Source: an uncultured Candidatus Saccharibacteria bacterium (GTDB lineage Bacteria; Patescibacteriota; UBA1384; DTJR01). Taken from it: a stretch of DNA of 64,000 bases. The stretch spans positions 2,978-66,977 of the forward strand of contig CAZOJE010000002.1 in assembly GCA_964580065.1 (NCBI GenBank), in the 5' to 3' direction. The translations under genes and the position numbers were made by a program. The notes beneath the pieces were generated by a model. The model did not search any database, was not told the origin of the DNA, and was given only the letters and a program-made list of their open reading frames with translations. Positions 45,050-55,473 of this stretch are shown in pieces (position 1 is the stretch's first letter; each line of letters opens with the position of its first letter).

Positions 45050-47392
45050 TTAAGGGAGATTTTTATCAACTCGGCCACTCCAATCTAACGCCGTAAAACC
45101 ATTTCGAAACGGAATTTCGGCAAAATTTGGCTCGGGCAAGTTGATTTTTGCCATCAACGGGCGAAAGTACATCACGATCGGAATAAAGGTATCTGGTTTT
45201 GGCGAAATTTCTAAATTGAGTATTTTTTCCGCTTCGGCTAACGGATAGTGAGATATTTGAATATATGGGCCCAGTCCTTTTAGTTTCTTTTGCCAAAAGG
45301 TCACAAAATCCCTTGTTTCTCTTTCATTTAGTTTCAGATTGTGGGCATATTCTGTTAACCCTTTAGCTAAATTAGCGCTTTCAACAACAACGCCGTTTTT
45401 AGGAGGGTTTAAATTAGCGCCTTTATAATCATATTTAATATTATTGTAAATTTGGCCTTCTGAAAAAAGCTGTCCGTTGACAGTGGCCGTTACGTTCCAG
45501 TGTCCGTTTTTATCAATTGGATTCGTGTTGTAAACGGCATTACCTGAACTAATAGAAACTGAAGTTGCTCTGGTGGGGTAAAGATAAAGCGGTGAATCAA
45601 AACAATGATAAAATTGCGCATCCCTATAAGTCAATTTTGACCATGGGTTACGAATATCGTTGTCTTCGGTATATCCACCATTTGTGGCAATAAAAAATTT
45701 ATCGCATTGTTCATCCGACAGTTCCTTCGAATTATCAAGTTTCCATCTTATTACTTCTTCAACTGTCATTTCTCTTTTAACACCGTCCGGCGTTATAACA
45801 GTGTAAACGGCTTCGGTTGAACCAGGCTTGAAATAATAGCCCATCATATTTGGCTTTGTCATATCAATACAACCATTAGTGCAATCGGAAGATTTGAAAG
45901 ATGACTGGAAAGCGGTTGCTTTATTTTCCGATACTATTTGCGACTTGTCTGGTGTCCAAGCTGAAACTTGAGTATTGCTTGGAATACTAGAAGAACTTTT
46001 TGCTTGAGCGCTTTCGTCAACCGTTGTTTTTACATTAGCGGCGTCTTGGTTGAGCGTGGGAACATTTTCAGCCGTTGGAACGCTGTTATCGGGGAAACTG
46101 GCTTGTTTTTTGACCTCTCCAGTTTTGGGATCAGCCAGCATGACATCGCTGGCTAAAAAAGCGCTTGGCGTAGAGCCCAAGAACGAAACGCCCGCCTTTA
46201 AATCGTCTGTATAGTGAACCATCAACATCATTCCGCTATTGGTAAAGTTTGAGGCGCGAAACTTAGCATCAGCTTTAATCTGGACAGATGTTTTGTTCTT
46301 AACATTAATAGATAGGGTGTAATATTCGTTATTTTGTTTATTTTTTATTGTCGCGCCAATATATTGGCCATCATTTGAAATCAGCGGTGCGGCGGAAACA
46401 AAAGAGTTTAAATCTTTAAAGACAAGTGTTTTTTCTCCAGTTGTTAAATCTAGCAAATATATTTCGTCGGGATTTTTTTGAGCAAAGTCAGATGCCTTGC
46501 GTGTTGCAACCAGCGGCTCTGTCGGACTGACAACAACGGCTGTTTTGCCATCAGACGAAATTGTTGGCATATACGAATACGAACCGATTTTTAATGGTTC
46601 GTAAGAAACGATTTTTAAAGTATTTTGGTCAACATAAGAGATTCCGCCTCCCCAACCAAATCCTTCAACGGCATTGGGGCAAAAAGTATCGAGAAAAACA
46701 TTATTATTAACATCGTAAAAAATCGGATATTGCAAACAAACGCTTGGATCGAGAATGAATTGCATTAAAGATAAGTTTTCACTGCTAAAATTTCCGTTGA
46801 GCGATTGTGATGCAACGAGAGTTTTGGAGTGATAAGTGCTAAGATCGACTTGAATTACTCGTGATTGGCCGCCCAATAATTTGCCTTTCTCGGAAAGTTT
46901 TACGTCCCACGTGGCAATTAAATTCCCTTTTGGACTCAAAACAAAATCGTCAATAGCAAAACCATCCTTTGGCTCGTAAACCACAGCTACTTTATTAGTT
47001 TTGGCGTCGAAAACCGAAACATTTGTACCGCTACCCTTTTCGTTAATATTGGCGATATAAATAAACCGTCCATCCGGCAAAATTTTAAGTGATTTACCTG
47101 TCGATGGGATTTTTAAGATAGTTTCTCCGGATGAATTATCTGCCGCTTCGGCATCATCTGTTTTAAATAAATTAGACCGCTTGGCCACAGTTTTGGTGAC
47201 GGCTTCTTTAATTTCGATTGAACCGCTTGACTGATCGGCATAATAAAAGGCGCCAGCTTCTTGGGCTGATTTAGTGTTTGTACTTGAAGTTGATTTGCTA
47301 GAATTTGAGCTGTTTTGACAGCCAGTAAGTGAGACGGTTATCGACAAAACTGTAATAATAAGCAAAAAACTTTTAATTTTTATTCTCATCAA
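45050..47392 (-). CDS. Large secreted lipoprotein with beta-propeller (TolB/WD40-like) repeats and a C-terminal domain of unknown function
   Basis: Lipobox LTGC after the signal peptide; repeated ...PDGRFIY.../...SPKGNLIA... propeller-blade-like segments. Confidence 0.55.
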   Translation of the reverse strand: MMRIKIKSFLLIITVLSITVSLTGCQNSSNSSKSTSSTNTKSAQEAGAFYYADQSSGSIEIKEAVTKTVAKRSNLFKTDDAEAADNSSGETILKIPSTGKSLKILPDGRFIYIANINEKGSGTNVSVFDAKTNKVAVVYEPKDGFAIDDFVLSPKGNLIATWDVKLSEKGKLLGGQSRVIQVDLSTYHSKTLVASQSLNGNFSSENLSLMQFILDPSVCLQYPIFYDVNNNVFLDTFCPNAVEGFGWGGGISYVDQNTLKIVSYEPLKIGSYSYMPTISSDGKTAVVVSPTEPLVATRKASDFAQKNPDEIYLLDLTTGEKTLVFKDLNSFVSAAPLISNDGQYIGATIKNKQNNEYYTLSINVKNKTSVQIKADAKFRASNFTNSGMMLMVHYTDDLKAGVSFLGSTPSAFLASDVMLADPKTGEVKKQASFPDNSVPTAENVPTLNQDAANVKTTVDESAQAKSSSSIPSNTQVSAWTPDKSQIVSENKATAFQSSFKSSDCTNGCIDMTKPNMMGYYFKPGSTEAVYTVITPDGVKREMTVEEVIRWKLDNSKELSDEQCDKFFIATNGGYTEDNDIRNPWSKLTYRDAQFYHCFDSPLYLYPTRATSVSISSGNAVYNTNPIDKNGHWNVTATVNGQLFSEGQIYNNIKYDYKGANLNPPKNGVVVESANLAKGLTEYAHNLKLNERETRDFVTFWQKKLKGLGPYIQISHYPLAEAEKILNLEISPKPDTFIPIVMYFRPLMAKINLPEPNFAEIPFRNGFTALDWSGRVDKNLP

Positions 47393-47408
47393 AATTATTA
47401 TAGCATTT

Positions 47409-50264
47409 TTATGCGGCCGAATCGGGACAGGTAAATTTATAAGGACACCATTTGCATTTTCGTGAATCAGGTTTAGCTGTGTAGTCTTCGGCTTTGATGC
47501 CTTGGGCGACCTCTATAATCATTTGGCGCGTTTTTTCTAAATCTGGCTCTTTAAATAATCTGGTCCCCTTTTTGTCTGATTCGATAAAAAAAAGCGTTGT
47601 TTGAGGAATCTCATTATATTTTTCATACCAAGCCAAGGCATATATTTTCATCTGCGTTGACTCTCGAATTCGTCTATCAGCTTCGGCCTGATCTTTAACT
47701 TCGGAAGTTTTGAAATCGAGAATTTCTGCCCCATCCTTGTTTTTGTTCACCAGATCATATCGGCCGTTAATTTTTAAGCCGTCTTCAGCGAACTCAAATC
47801 TTTCTTCGATCATATCGGGAATGAGATCGGTTCGTTGATCTTCACTGTAAAATCGACTTAAAGTTTCGATAGCTGTTTTGTAGCGTTGCTCTTCATGATT
47901 TCGGGTAATAAATCCTTCGTTTTTAAAATAAATTTGAAAATCGGTCAATAAAGAATCAAGATCGGGTTTTTCACCACGCTGTTTTTTGGAAAAATATCTC
48001 TGCAGGGCCTCGTGAATGGCTGTGCCATACATGAAATGCCAATCTGTTGGCAGGGGTACTTTTACAACCGAAACGAAATAGTATTTTTTGGGGCAAGTGT
48101 AATAATCGTCAATTTGTTGGCGTGATAGATATAGCTGGCCATTTTTAGAAATACTGGTGTCTCTTACTTTTAGTAGCTTCCCTTCAATTTTTTTAAACTT
48201 TTCAATTTTTTCTAGCGGCGATTGTTTATGTTTGATTTTTCCAAGTGTCGGATCATCTAAAAGTTCTAAAACGAATTGAGAGATTTTTTTGGTTCTTTTG
48301 CCGCCGTAATCGTCAGAAGATGTTAAAAATAATCTTTGCTTAGCTCGTGTTACGCCGACATAAAACAAACGCCTTTCCTCTTGGAGATGAAAATCCCCTT
48401 CAGGAAGTTTTTCTTTAATTAACTCTTGGGGAATCGGTAAAGCGTCCTGACGACGGCGTGTTGGAAAGCGCTCTGTAACCATATTGACAATAAAAACAAT
48501 TGGCCACTCCAAACCCTTAGCGGCGTGAACAGTCATCATATTAACAGCATCCAAATCGGGGTCGATATCCGAAGAAACCACTTCATCGCCAACCTCCATA
48601 ATTAGCTCTAGATTATTCAAGAAGGCGTGAACAGTTTTTTCGTTGGAGATGTGATCAAACTGATAAATTCGTTCAAAAAACTTGGCGATATTGGATATTT
48701 TTATTTCTGCTTCAATCGTTGCCTGTTCCGTTAAAGTTTTAAAATAATTTTTTTCTTTCAGATATTCATATAAAAGCTCGCCGGCGCGGTAATTTTTAGA
48801 TAATTTTTCACGATATTTTTGAATGTCAGCTAAAATTTCCTCGATTTTTTTATCCGGTTGTTTGTCGGACGAAAACATTTCGGTAAAATTGCGGTTTTGC
48901 CTTTTAGCTAAGGCGTAGTAATAAGAAAGCATGTGAACATCGCAATTATAAATCTCCCCTGTCGCCAAGGAAAAGAAAGCTAAATTATCGTCGGGATAAA
49001 CAAGGCATTTTAAAAAACTGATGAGCATTTTTATTTCCTCGCGAGCAAAAAGTGACGAAGCGCCAACAAAAATGCTGGGAATTCTTTTGATATTTAATGC
49101 TTGAATAAAAGGTTCCAGATGGGAATTAGCTCGAGCTAAAATGGCAAAATCCTTATATTCATATTGACCAGTTGCTTTAAATTCTTCGATTTTGGTGGCT
49201 ACTTGATCGGCTTCACAAGAAAGTGTTTCACAGTGAAGCAATTCCGGCGCTTGACCTTTTTGATTGGAAAATAATTTCTTATCAATTTTATTTTTGACTT
49301 CTAACCGATCGGGATTATTGTGTTGAATTAATTTATAGGAAGCGTCGAGAATTTCCTGAACCGATCGATAATTTTGATTTAGGACAATTTGGGTGCAGTC
49401 TTTGTAATCGTCCTTAAAAGACAAGATATTAGAAATAGATGCTCCACGAAAACGGTAAATGCTTTGGTCGTCATCGCCAACAACGGTAATATTGGCTTTT
49501 TCGTCGGCCAAAAACTTAACCAGCTGATATTGAGCGTAATTAGTATCCTGAAATTCGTCAACAAGAATATATTTGAAGCGCGCTTGGCAATCAGCCAAAA
49601 CTTTCATATTTTCTTTAAGCAAACGATAAGTTAAATAAATTTGATCGCCATAGTCCAAATTTCCCGATTGAATCATTAAGTCTTGATAATGCTCATAGGC
49701 GTGGGCCAACTCAAGGGCTTTTTCTTTTTCTTCATTATTTTCGTAATTATGATTTTCAACAAAATCTAAATATTCTTTAGGCGTAATTAATTCATCTTTG
49801 AGGCGGGAAAAATGTTTCAAAAGCGCTTCAATATGGCTGGTGGGATTTGCTAAGGGACGAAAATATTTCAGATCAAATGAATAGAGATTTTCTCTCATCA
49901 AAATTGCCTGCTCGGTTTCGGAAAGAACTTTAAAATTAATTGGCAATCCTAAATCAATGGCAAACTCCCGCAAAATTCTGTCGCCAAAAGCATTAAAAGT
50001 AGAAATCCAAGTATCAACAAAACCGTAAGGAACGAGCTGGTCGACGCGTTCTTCCATCTCGCCCGCCGCTTTATCGGTAAAAGTTAAAGCGAGAATCTCT
50101 GAAGGTTTGGCTAACTTTTTTTTGATTAAATAAGCAATGCGGCGCGTGATGACGGTTGTTTTTCCTGTGCCGGCGCCGGCGATTATCAAAAGCGGGCCGC
50201 CGCTATGGGCAACGGCCCGCTTTTGATTTTTGTTCAATCCTTCAAATAGTATTTCTTTGGTCAC
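47409..50264 (-). CDS. UvrD/PcrA-family SF1 helicase fused to a C-terminal PD-(D/E)xK (RecB/Cas4-like, Cys-cluster) nuclease domain (AddA-like)
   Basis: Walker A GAGTGKTT, SF1 motifs through ...VGVTRAK..., and a C-terminal 4-Cys cluster (C...CKWCPYKFTC). Confidence 0.8.
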   Translation of the reverse strand: MTKEILFEGLNKNQKRAVAHSGGPLLIIAGAGTGKTTVITRRIAYLIKKKLAKPSEILALTFTDKAAGEMEERVDQLVPYGFVDTWISTFNAFGDRILREFAIDLGLPINFKVLSETEQAILMRENLYSFDLKYFRPLANPTSHIEALLKHFSRLKDELITPKEYLDFVENHNYENNEEKEKALELAHAYEHYQDLMIQSGNLDYGDQIYLTYRLLKENMKVLADCQARFKYILVDEFQDTNYAQYQLVKFLADEKANITVVGDDDQSIYRFRGASISNILSFKDDYKDCTQIVLNQNYRSVQEILDASYKLIQHNNPDRLEVKNKIDKKLFSNQKGQAPELLHCETLSCEADQVATKIEEFKATGQYEYKDFAILARANSHLEPFIQALNIKRIPSIFVGASSLFAREEIKMLISFLKCLVYPDDNLAFFSLATGEIYNCDVHMLSYYYALAKRQNRNFTEMFSSDKQPDKKIEEILADIQKYREKLSKNYRAGELLYEYLKEKNYFKTLTEQATIEAEIKISNIAKFFERIYQFDHISNEKTVHAFLNNLELIMEVGDEVVSSDIDPDLDAVNMMTVHAAKGLEWPIVFIVNMVTERFPTRRRQDALPIPQELIKEKLPEGDFHLQEERRLFYVGVTRAKQRLFLTSSDDYGGKRTKKISQFVLELLDDPTLGKIKHKQSPLEKIEKFKKIEGKLLKVRDTSISKNGQLYLSRQQIDDYYTCPKKYYFVSVVKVPLPTDWHFMYGTAIHEALQRYFSKKQRGEKPDLDSLLTDFQIYFKNEGFITRNHEEQRYKTAIETLSRFYSEDQRTDLIPDMIEERFEFAEDGLKINGRYDLVNKNKDGAEILDFKTSEVKDQAEADRRIRESTQMKIYALAWYEKYNEIPQTTLFFIESDKKGTRLFKEPDLEKTRQMIIEVAQGIKAEDYTAKPDSRKCKWCPYKFTCPDSAA

Positions 50265-50572
50265 TTTTGTAACGCTTTTCTTAAATCCTCTTTACTCACA
50301 ACACCGTTGAATTGTCTAGTAATGTTGCCGCGGTTGAATATCAAAATTGTTGGAACGGACATAACCTGATATTGATTGGCTAAACCGCCCTCTGCCTCAA
50401 CATCTACCTTAAAAAATTCCGCCTCCCCTTTCATTTGTTTGGCTAATTCATCAATAATCGGCGACATTATTTGGCAGGGGCCGCACCACGAAGCAAAAAA
50501 ATCAACCAAAACCGGTTTGTTGGATTTTAGGACTTTTGCGTCAAATTCGTCACCTTTAAGTTCAAGTGCCAT
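50261..50572 (-). CDS. trxA: Thioredoxin
   Basis: WCGPC active site; ~100 aa. Confidence 0.85.
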   Translation of the reverse strand: MALELKGDEFDAKVLKSNKPVLVDFFASWCGPCQIMSPIIDELAKQMKGEAEFFKVDVEAEGGLANQYQVMSVPTILIFNRGNITRQFNGVVSKEDLRKALQK

Positions 50573-51048
50573 GAGATATTCCTCCTTTTAATTTTCCCAA
50601 CCATGTAGTCAAGCGCGAACAGTGCGGCTGTAAACGTTAAGTCACCCAAAATGGTGTTTTTATAGAAAGGCACTGCAAGCGTAAAACATTTAGTGAATCC
50701 AGCTAGATCATGCGTGTACCACGGACCGAGCCAGACCGCCAAATTGGTTATTGCAAAAAATGAAAGCGACCCTAGCACAGCTGAAATAACAGGAGAAAAC
50801 TTTTTTTGGGTGAAAATTTTTTCAAATAAAATGTAGGAGAGACTGCCGAGATAAACAAAAACGGAATACCAGCCAAATCCTAGAAAAATATCGCTGATTA
50901 TCATGGAAATCAATGTAATCCCAACGGCTTTTTTCCAACCATATTTTTTAGTGGCAAATATCGAAACAGCCCCAACCGGCGTGAAGTTAGCCGGATGCGG
51001 CAAGAAGCGAGAAAGTGTTTGTAAAAAAATTAAAATATAGGTCATCAC
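50527..51048 (-). CDS. Multi-TM membrane protein, possibly an ECF-transporter S-component-like vitamin uptake protein
   Basis: 5-6 hydrophobic helices in 173 aa; sits in a cobalamin/RNR gene neighbourhood; overlaps the trxA start by 46 nt. Confidence 0.45.
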   Translation of the reverse strand: MMTYILIFLQTLSRFLPHPANFTPVGAVSIFATKKYGWKKAVGITLISMIISDIFLGFGWYSVFVYLGSLSYILFEKIFTQKKFSPVISAVLGSLSFFAITNLAVWLGPWYTHDLAGFTKCFTLAVPFYKNTILGDLTFTAALFALDYMVGKIKRRNISWHLNLKVTNLTQKS

Positions 51049-51092
51049 CTTTTTAAGTTATTGCCCTTTGTTGATATTGTCAAGCGCAGGCG

Positions 51093-51656
51093 TTAGAACT
51101 CGGCGCTTGAAACTGAATCTTCCTTATTTTGACAAAACAAAGTTATCGAATCAAATTGTAGAAGTGACACACTGGATGGAATAGAAAAATCGACCGATTG
51201 AGATGAAATTGGCGTTGAAAAAGATGGCGACAAAATGGCGATAACTTTTTCACTCGGTTTTATTGTCAGCTTTGCCGTTAGAGCACCGCAACCGCCATTA
51301 TAGCTAAAATTGGTAAAACGTATTGTGCCGGTGGAAATAATCGTTACTTGTCCATCAATGCCATATTTTGACGATTTTGACAATTTAACTGTAGCGCCGA
51401 TTTTCTTTTGAGCGGCCGCATCAACAGTGGCCGTGGCGGCGGCTTGCACTTTGTTTTTTCCCTGTAAATACTCGTACAAAACCGGATCGGTCAAAATCAT
51501 TGTGTTGCCGTCAAAAGTCGAAAGTAATGGATTAGCTTCGCTGTTTTGTTGACTTGGTGTGGGCGTGGCCGTGGCTTGGGTCTGGCTATTTGAAGACGAA
51601 CAGCCAAAAAGCAACATTGATATGCCAACCACTGTAATTAATATTTTTTTATTCAT
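51093..51656 (-). CDS. Lipoprotein of unknown function
   Basis: Lipobox LFGC. Confidence 0.5.
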   Translation of the reverse strand: MNKKILITVVGISMLLFGCSSSNSQTQATATPTPSQQNSEANPLLSTFDGNTMILTDPVLYEYLQGKNKVQAAATATVDAAAQKKIGATVKLSKSSKYGIDGQVTIISTGTIRFTNFSYNGGCGALTAKLTIKPSEKVIAILSPSFSTPISSQSVDFSIPSSVSLLQFDSITLFCQNKEDSVSSAEF

Positions 51657-51686
51657 TAACGAAATTATAGCAAAAAATAATGTTGC

Positions 51687-52196
51687 TTATAAATCTATAC
51701 CGATTTTGGCTTGTATACCTTTATCGAAAGGATGCTTGATTTTTTTCATTTCTGTCACCAGATCACTTAACCGAAGCAATTTGGAAATTTTGGGGCGGCC
51801 GGTCAAAACTAAATCGATGTTTTTTGGCATGTCTTGAATTAGCTTACATATTTCATTTTCGTCGATTAGCTGGCAATCGATGGCACCAAAGACTTCGTCA
51901 AGGATGATGACGTCGAATTTCTGAAAAGCGTTTGAGATATAACGCAGGCCCTCGAGAGCGGCCTTCTGGTGGTCTTGCAAGGGTTTTTGATCGCCCATGA
52001 TGCCAACAAAACCCAAGCCAAATTTTTTGTGAACGATGAGCTTAATTTTTTTAAGCGCAATGTCCTCCCCCGTTATTTGGTCACCCTTAATAAACTGTGC
52101 AAAAAGAACTTTTTTGTCACGGCCGGCGGCTCGGGTCGCTAGACCCAGAGCCGCCGTCGTTTTTCCTTTTCCGTCGCCGTAGTAAGATATAATCAT
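51687..52196 (-). CDS. cobA: Cob(I)alamin/cob(I)yrinic acid a,c-diamide adenosyltransferase (CobA/BtuR type)
   Basis: P-loop GDGKGKTTAA and conserved ...ILDE... core; ~170 aa. Confidence 0.75.
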   Translation of the reverse strand: MIISYYGDGKGKTTAALGLATRAAGRDKKVLFAQFIKGDQITGEDIALKKIKLIVHKKFGLGFVGIMGDQKPLQDHQKAALEGLRYISNAFQKFDVIILDEVFGAIDCQLIDENEICKLIQDMPKNIDLVLTGRPKISKLLRLSDLVTEMKKIKHPFDKGIQAKIGIDL

Positions 52197-52199
52197 TTT

Positions 52200-55100
52200 T
52201 TACGAGCAACCGGTTGTTGCCCCGCAGTTGACGCATTTGAGGCATTTACCGTTTTGCACCATCATATTTGAGCCGCATTCAGAGCATGTGTCGCCTGAAA
52301 AACCCAACTCTTCAGTCAGTGGTGGCTGACTTACTAAATCAGGCGAGCTCATAATCTTTTCTTCTTCGGACAGACCCATTTCTGTTTGTTTTTCGTCAGC
52401 GGGTGCATTTGTGTCCTCGAAAGGAAGACGCAAGGCCTTTATTTCACCAGAGACAAATTTTTTCTCAAGCCATTTAGCGATGAAATCAGCCACCGAAGAA
52501 ACATTGGGAATATCGTTGTCACCAGTGAAACCCATTGGCGAAAACCGAGTGTGCTTCAGTTGCCTGATAATTGTTTCAATCGGTACGCCATACTGCAAGC
52601 CGATCGAAGCCATTTTAGCAAACGAATCAGCCATTCCCGCGGCAAAACTTCCCTGTTGGCTCATTGAAATAAATATTTCGCCTGGTGCGCCGTCTTTGTA
52701 CAAGCCAACTGTCAGATAGATTTTATGACCGCCAAGCATGACTTTTCTTGTGATTGACATTCTCTCTTTGGGCAGACGTTTTCGCGTCGGCCGATATTCA
52801 ACAACAACTTCTTTCTCTTTTGGTTGCTCGGCTTCTTCTTTTTTGTTTTGCTCTTTTGATGAAAGGGGCTGGGCAATTTTAGATCCATCGCGATAAATTG
52901 CTACCGCTTTCAGAGCATATTTCCACGACTTCATATAAATGTCTCTAATGTCAGATTCGGTCGCTTCGTTTGGCAAATTGACGGTTTTGGAAATTGCACC
53001 AGACAAAAACGGCTGAACGGCCGCCATCATTTCAATATGACCTTCCGGTTTAATAAATCTTATTCCGTAGGCGCCGCAACGATTAGCGCAATCAAATATT
53101 GGCAGATGTTCTTCTTGAAGATCAGGTGCTCCCTCAATTGTCATTATTCCACAGACAAAATCGTTTGCTTCACGGATTTGCTCCTTAGAAAAACCAAGTT
53201 CGCTTAATAAGTCCGCTTTTGGCAAGGAAAAAAAGTCTTCCGAAAGGCCAGCCCTTTTAAGTGACTGTGGCGAAATTGTTTCGCTCCCAATAAGGGTAGC
53301 AATGTCAAATGCACCCGCCAATCGTTTGTTAATTTTGGCGATATCTTCGCTCGTTATCCCCTTCTTTTCCAGCGATTCATTATTGATGTGCGGCGCATTT
53401 TCTAGAGAACCGTGGCCGATAACATAATTAACGATCTTATTAACGGCGCTCTTTGTGTAGCCGAGATTTTTAAGGGCACGCGGAACCGATTGATTAATGA
53501 TCTTAAAATAACCGCCGCCTGCCAGTTTTTTTAATTTCACAATAGCGTAATCAGGCTCAACTCCTGTTGTGTCGCAATCCATCACCAGACCAATTGTGCC
53601 GGTCGGGGCTAAAAGAGTTACTTGGGCATTGCGAAAGCCAAATCTTCCTCCATCGACCAGTGCTTTATCCCAAGATTCTTGGGCCGAGTGCAAAATGTAA
53701 TCGGGGCAATTTTCAGCATCTAAAACCCAAGGAGCGACAGACAACCCTTCGAATTCATCTGCTAAACCATATGCTGCTTTGCGGTGGTTGCCAATGACTC
53801 TAAGCATGTCCTTTTTATTTTTGTTGTAAGTTTTAAACGGACCGATTTCTCGAGCCATTTCAGCGCTGGTCGAATAAGCTATTCCCGTCATCAAAGCAGT
53901 GATACCGGCGGCTACGGCGCGGCCCTTTTCGCTGTCGTACGGCAAACCCATAACCATCAACAAAGCACCAAGATTGGCGTAGCCAAGCCCGAGTGGTCTG
54001 TACAGATAGCTGTTTTTAGCAATTTCGTATGAAGGAAATTGAGCCATCAAAACAGAAATTTCTAATGTAATAGTCCAGAGCCGTGAGGCGTGAGTGAAAG
54101 CTTTAATATCAAATTCACCGCTTTCGTCATGATAAAATTTTAGCAAATTCATCGAAGCTAAGTTGCATGACGAATCATCAAGAAACATAAATTCACTGCA
54201 TGGATTTGAAGCATTGATTCGACCTGATGCTAAGCAGGTGTGCCAATCGTTGATTGTGGTGTCGAACTGTAGCCCGGGGTCGCCGCATTTCCAAGTCGCT
54301 TTGGCAATTTCATCCCAAAGTCGGCTAGCCGATACTGTTCGGGCAATAATATTTGGTTGTGTCCGCCAAGTTAAGTTCCAGTCCTCGTCATTTTCTACCG
54401 CCTTCATATAATCAGACGTAACCCTGACTGTGTTATTGGAATTTTGCCCTGAAACAGTTTGATAGGCCTCACCTTCAAGTCCGGCAGAGTAGCCCTCGGC
54501 TATAAGGGCCGCCGCTTTTTCTTCTTCCTGATGTTTCCAGTTGATAAAAGTTTCTATTTCCGGATGGTCAACGTTTAGAACAACCATTTTGGCGGCACGA
54601 CGAGTGGTTCCTCCTGATTTAATGGCACCGGCGGCCTTATCAAAGATTTCCAACCAGCTCATCAGGCCGGTAGAATGACCGCCGCCCGAAAGTGCTTCGC
54701 CTTTGGCTCGAAGAGATGAAAAGTTCGTGCCGCTACCAGAGCCATATTTAAAGATTCTAGCTTCGCGGGTAACTAGATCAAAGATTCCACCACTATTTAC
54801 CAAGTCATCTCTAACCGATTGAATAAAGCAAGCGTGTGGCTGTGGCCGAGTATAAGCATCTTCAGAAAGCTTGAGCTTTCCATCTTCTGGATCAGCGTAC
54901 CAGTGGCCTTGAGCCGGACCGGAAATTTTGTAAGCATAATTTAAACCGGTGTTGAACCATTGCGGTGAATTTGGCGAGCCGATTTGCCTGATGAGCATGT
55001 ATTTCATTTCGTCTTCAAAAATTGCCGCGTCAGCTTTACTGGCAAAGTAACCATATTTCTCGCCCCAATGTCTCCAACAACCAGCCAAACGATTAACTAC

Positions 55101-55472
55101 TTGTTTAACCGAGGTTTCACTGCCCGTTTTTTGATTGCCGTCTGAATCTAGTAGCGCGTCGCCGTTTTCATCAAATCGAGGAACGCCTTTTCTGCGAATA
55201 TATTTTGAAATTAAAATATCCGAAGCCGTTCGACTCCACGCGGCCGGTACTTCAACTTCATCGGATTCAAAAACAATTGATCCGTCGGGGTTAATAATTT
55301 TGCTCGTTCGTTTTTCGAACTCGATGCCGTCAAACGGATCTTGATTGTGCGTAGTGTAAAACCGATCAATTTTCAATCCTTTAATGTTTTTCTTGCGATT
55401 ATCTTTTTCAACAAGTTTTTCTTTGATTTTTTCTGTTTTAGCCGATGTTCTTGGCACTGATCCCCCCTTCAA
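52200..55472 (-). CDS. nrdJ: Class II (adenosylcobalamin-dependent) ribonucleotide reductase with a C-terminal zinc ribbon
   Basis: Active-site NPCSEF; no glycyl-radical motif; C-terminal CSECGS...CLKCVNCG. The nrdR stop abuts its start. Confidence 0.8.
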   Translation of the reverse strand: MKGGSVPRTSAKTEKIKEKLVEKDNRKKNIKGLKIDRFYTTHNQDPFDGIEFEKRTSKIINPDGSIVFESDEVEVPAAWSRTASDILISKYIRRKGVPRFDENGDALLDSDGNQKTGSETSVKQVVNRLAGCWRHWGEKYGYFASKADAAIFEDEMKYMLIRQIGSPNSPQWFNTGLNYAYKISGPAQGHWYADPEDGKLKLSEDAYTRPQPHACFIQSVRDDLVNSGGIFDLVTREARIFKYGSGSGTNFSSLRAKGEALSGGGHSTGLMSWLEIFDKAAGAIKSGGTTRRAAKMVVLNVDHPEIETFINWKHQEEEKAAALIAEGYSAGLEGEAYQTVSGQNSNNTVRVTSDYMKAVENDEDWNLTWRTQPNIIARTVSASRLWDEIAKATWKCGDPGLQFDTTINDWHTCLASGRINASNPCSEFMFLDDSSCNLASMNLLKFYHDESGEFDIKAFTHASRLWTITLEISVLMAQFPSYEIAKNSYLYRPLGLGYANLGALLMVMGLPYDSEKGRAVAAGITALMTGIAYSTSAEMAREIGPFKTYNKNKKDMLRVIGNHRKAAYGLADEFEGLSVAPWVLDAENCPDYILHSAQESWDKALVDGGRFGFRNAQVTLLAPTGTIGLVMDCDTTGVEPDYAIVKLKKLAGGGYFKIINQSVPRALKNLGYTKSAVNKIVNYVIGHGSLENAPHINNESLEKKGITSEDIAKINKRLAGAFDIATLIGSETISPQSLKRAGLSEDFFSLPKADLLSELGFSKEQIREANDFVCGIMTIEGAPDLQEEHLPIFDCANRCGAYGIRFIKPEGHIEMMAAVQPFLSGAISKTVNLPNEATESDIRDIYMKSWKYALKAVAIYRDGSKIAQPLSSKEQNKKEEAEQPKEKEVVVEYRPTRKRLPKERMSITRKVMLGGHKIYLTVGLYKDGAPGEIFISMSQQGSFAAGMADSFAKMASIGLQYGVPIETIIRQLKHTRFSPMGFTGDNDIPNVSSVADFIAKWLEKKFVSGEIKALRLPFEDTNAPADEKQTEMGLSEEEKIMSSPDLVSQPPLTEELGFSGDTCSECGSNMMVQNGKCLKCVNCGATTGCS

Positions 55473-55473
55473 T

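Noticed and set aside
52386-54411. Multiple 60-100 aa plus-strand ORFs inside nrdJ, plus similar antisense ORFs inside topA, secD, gap, ftsZ and others.
   Set aside because: They are embedded antisense to long, well-supported genes and have low-complexity composition.
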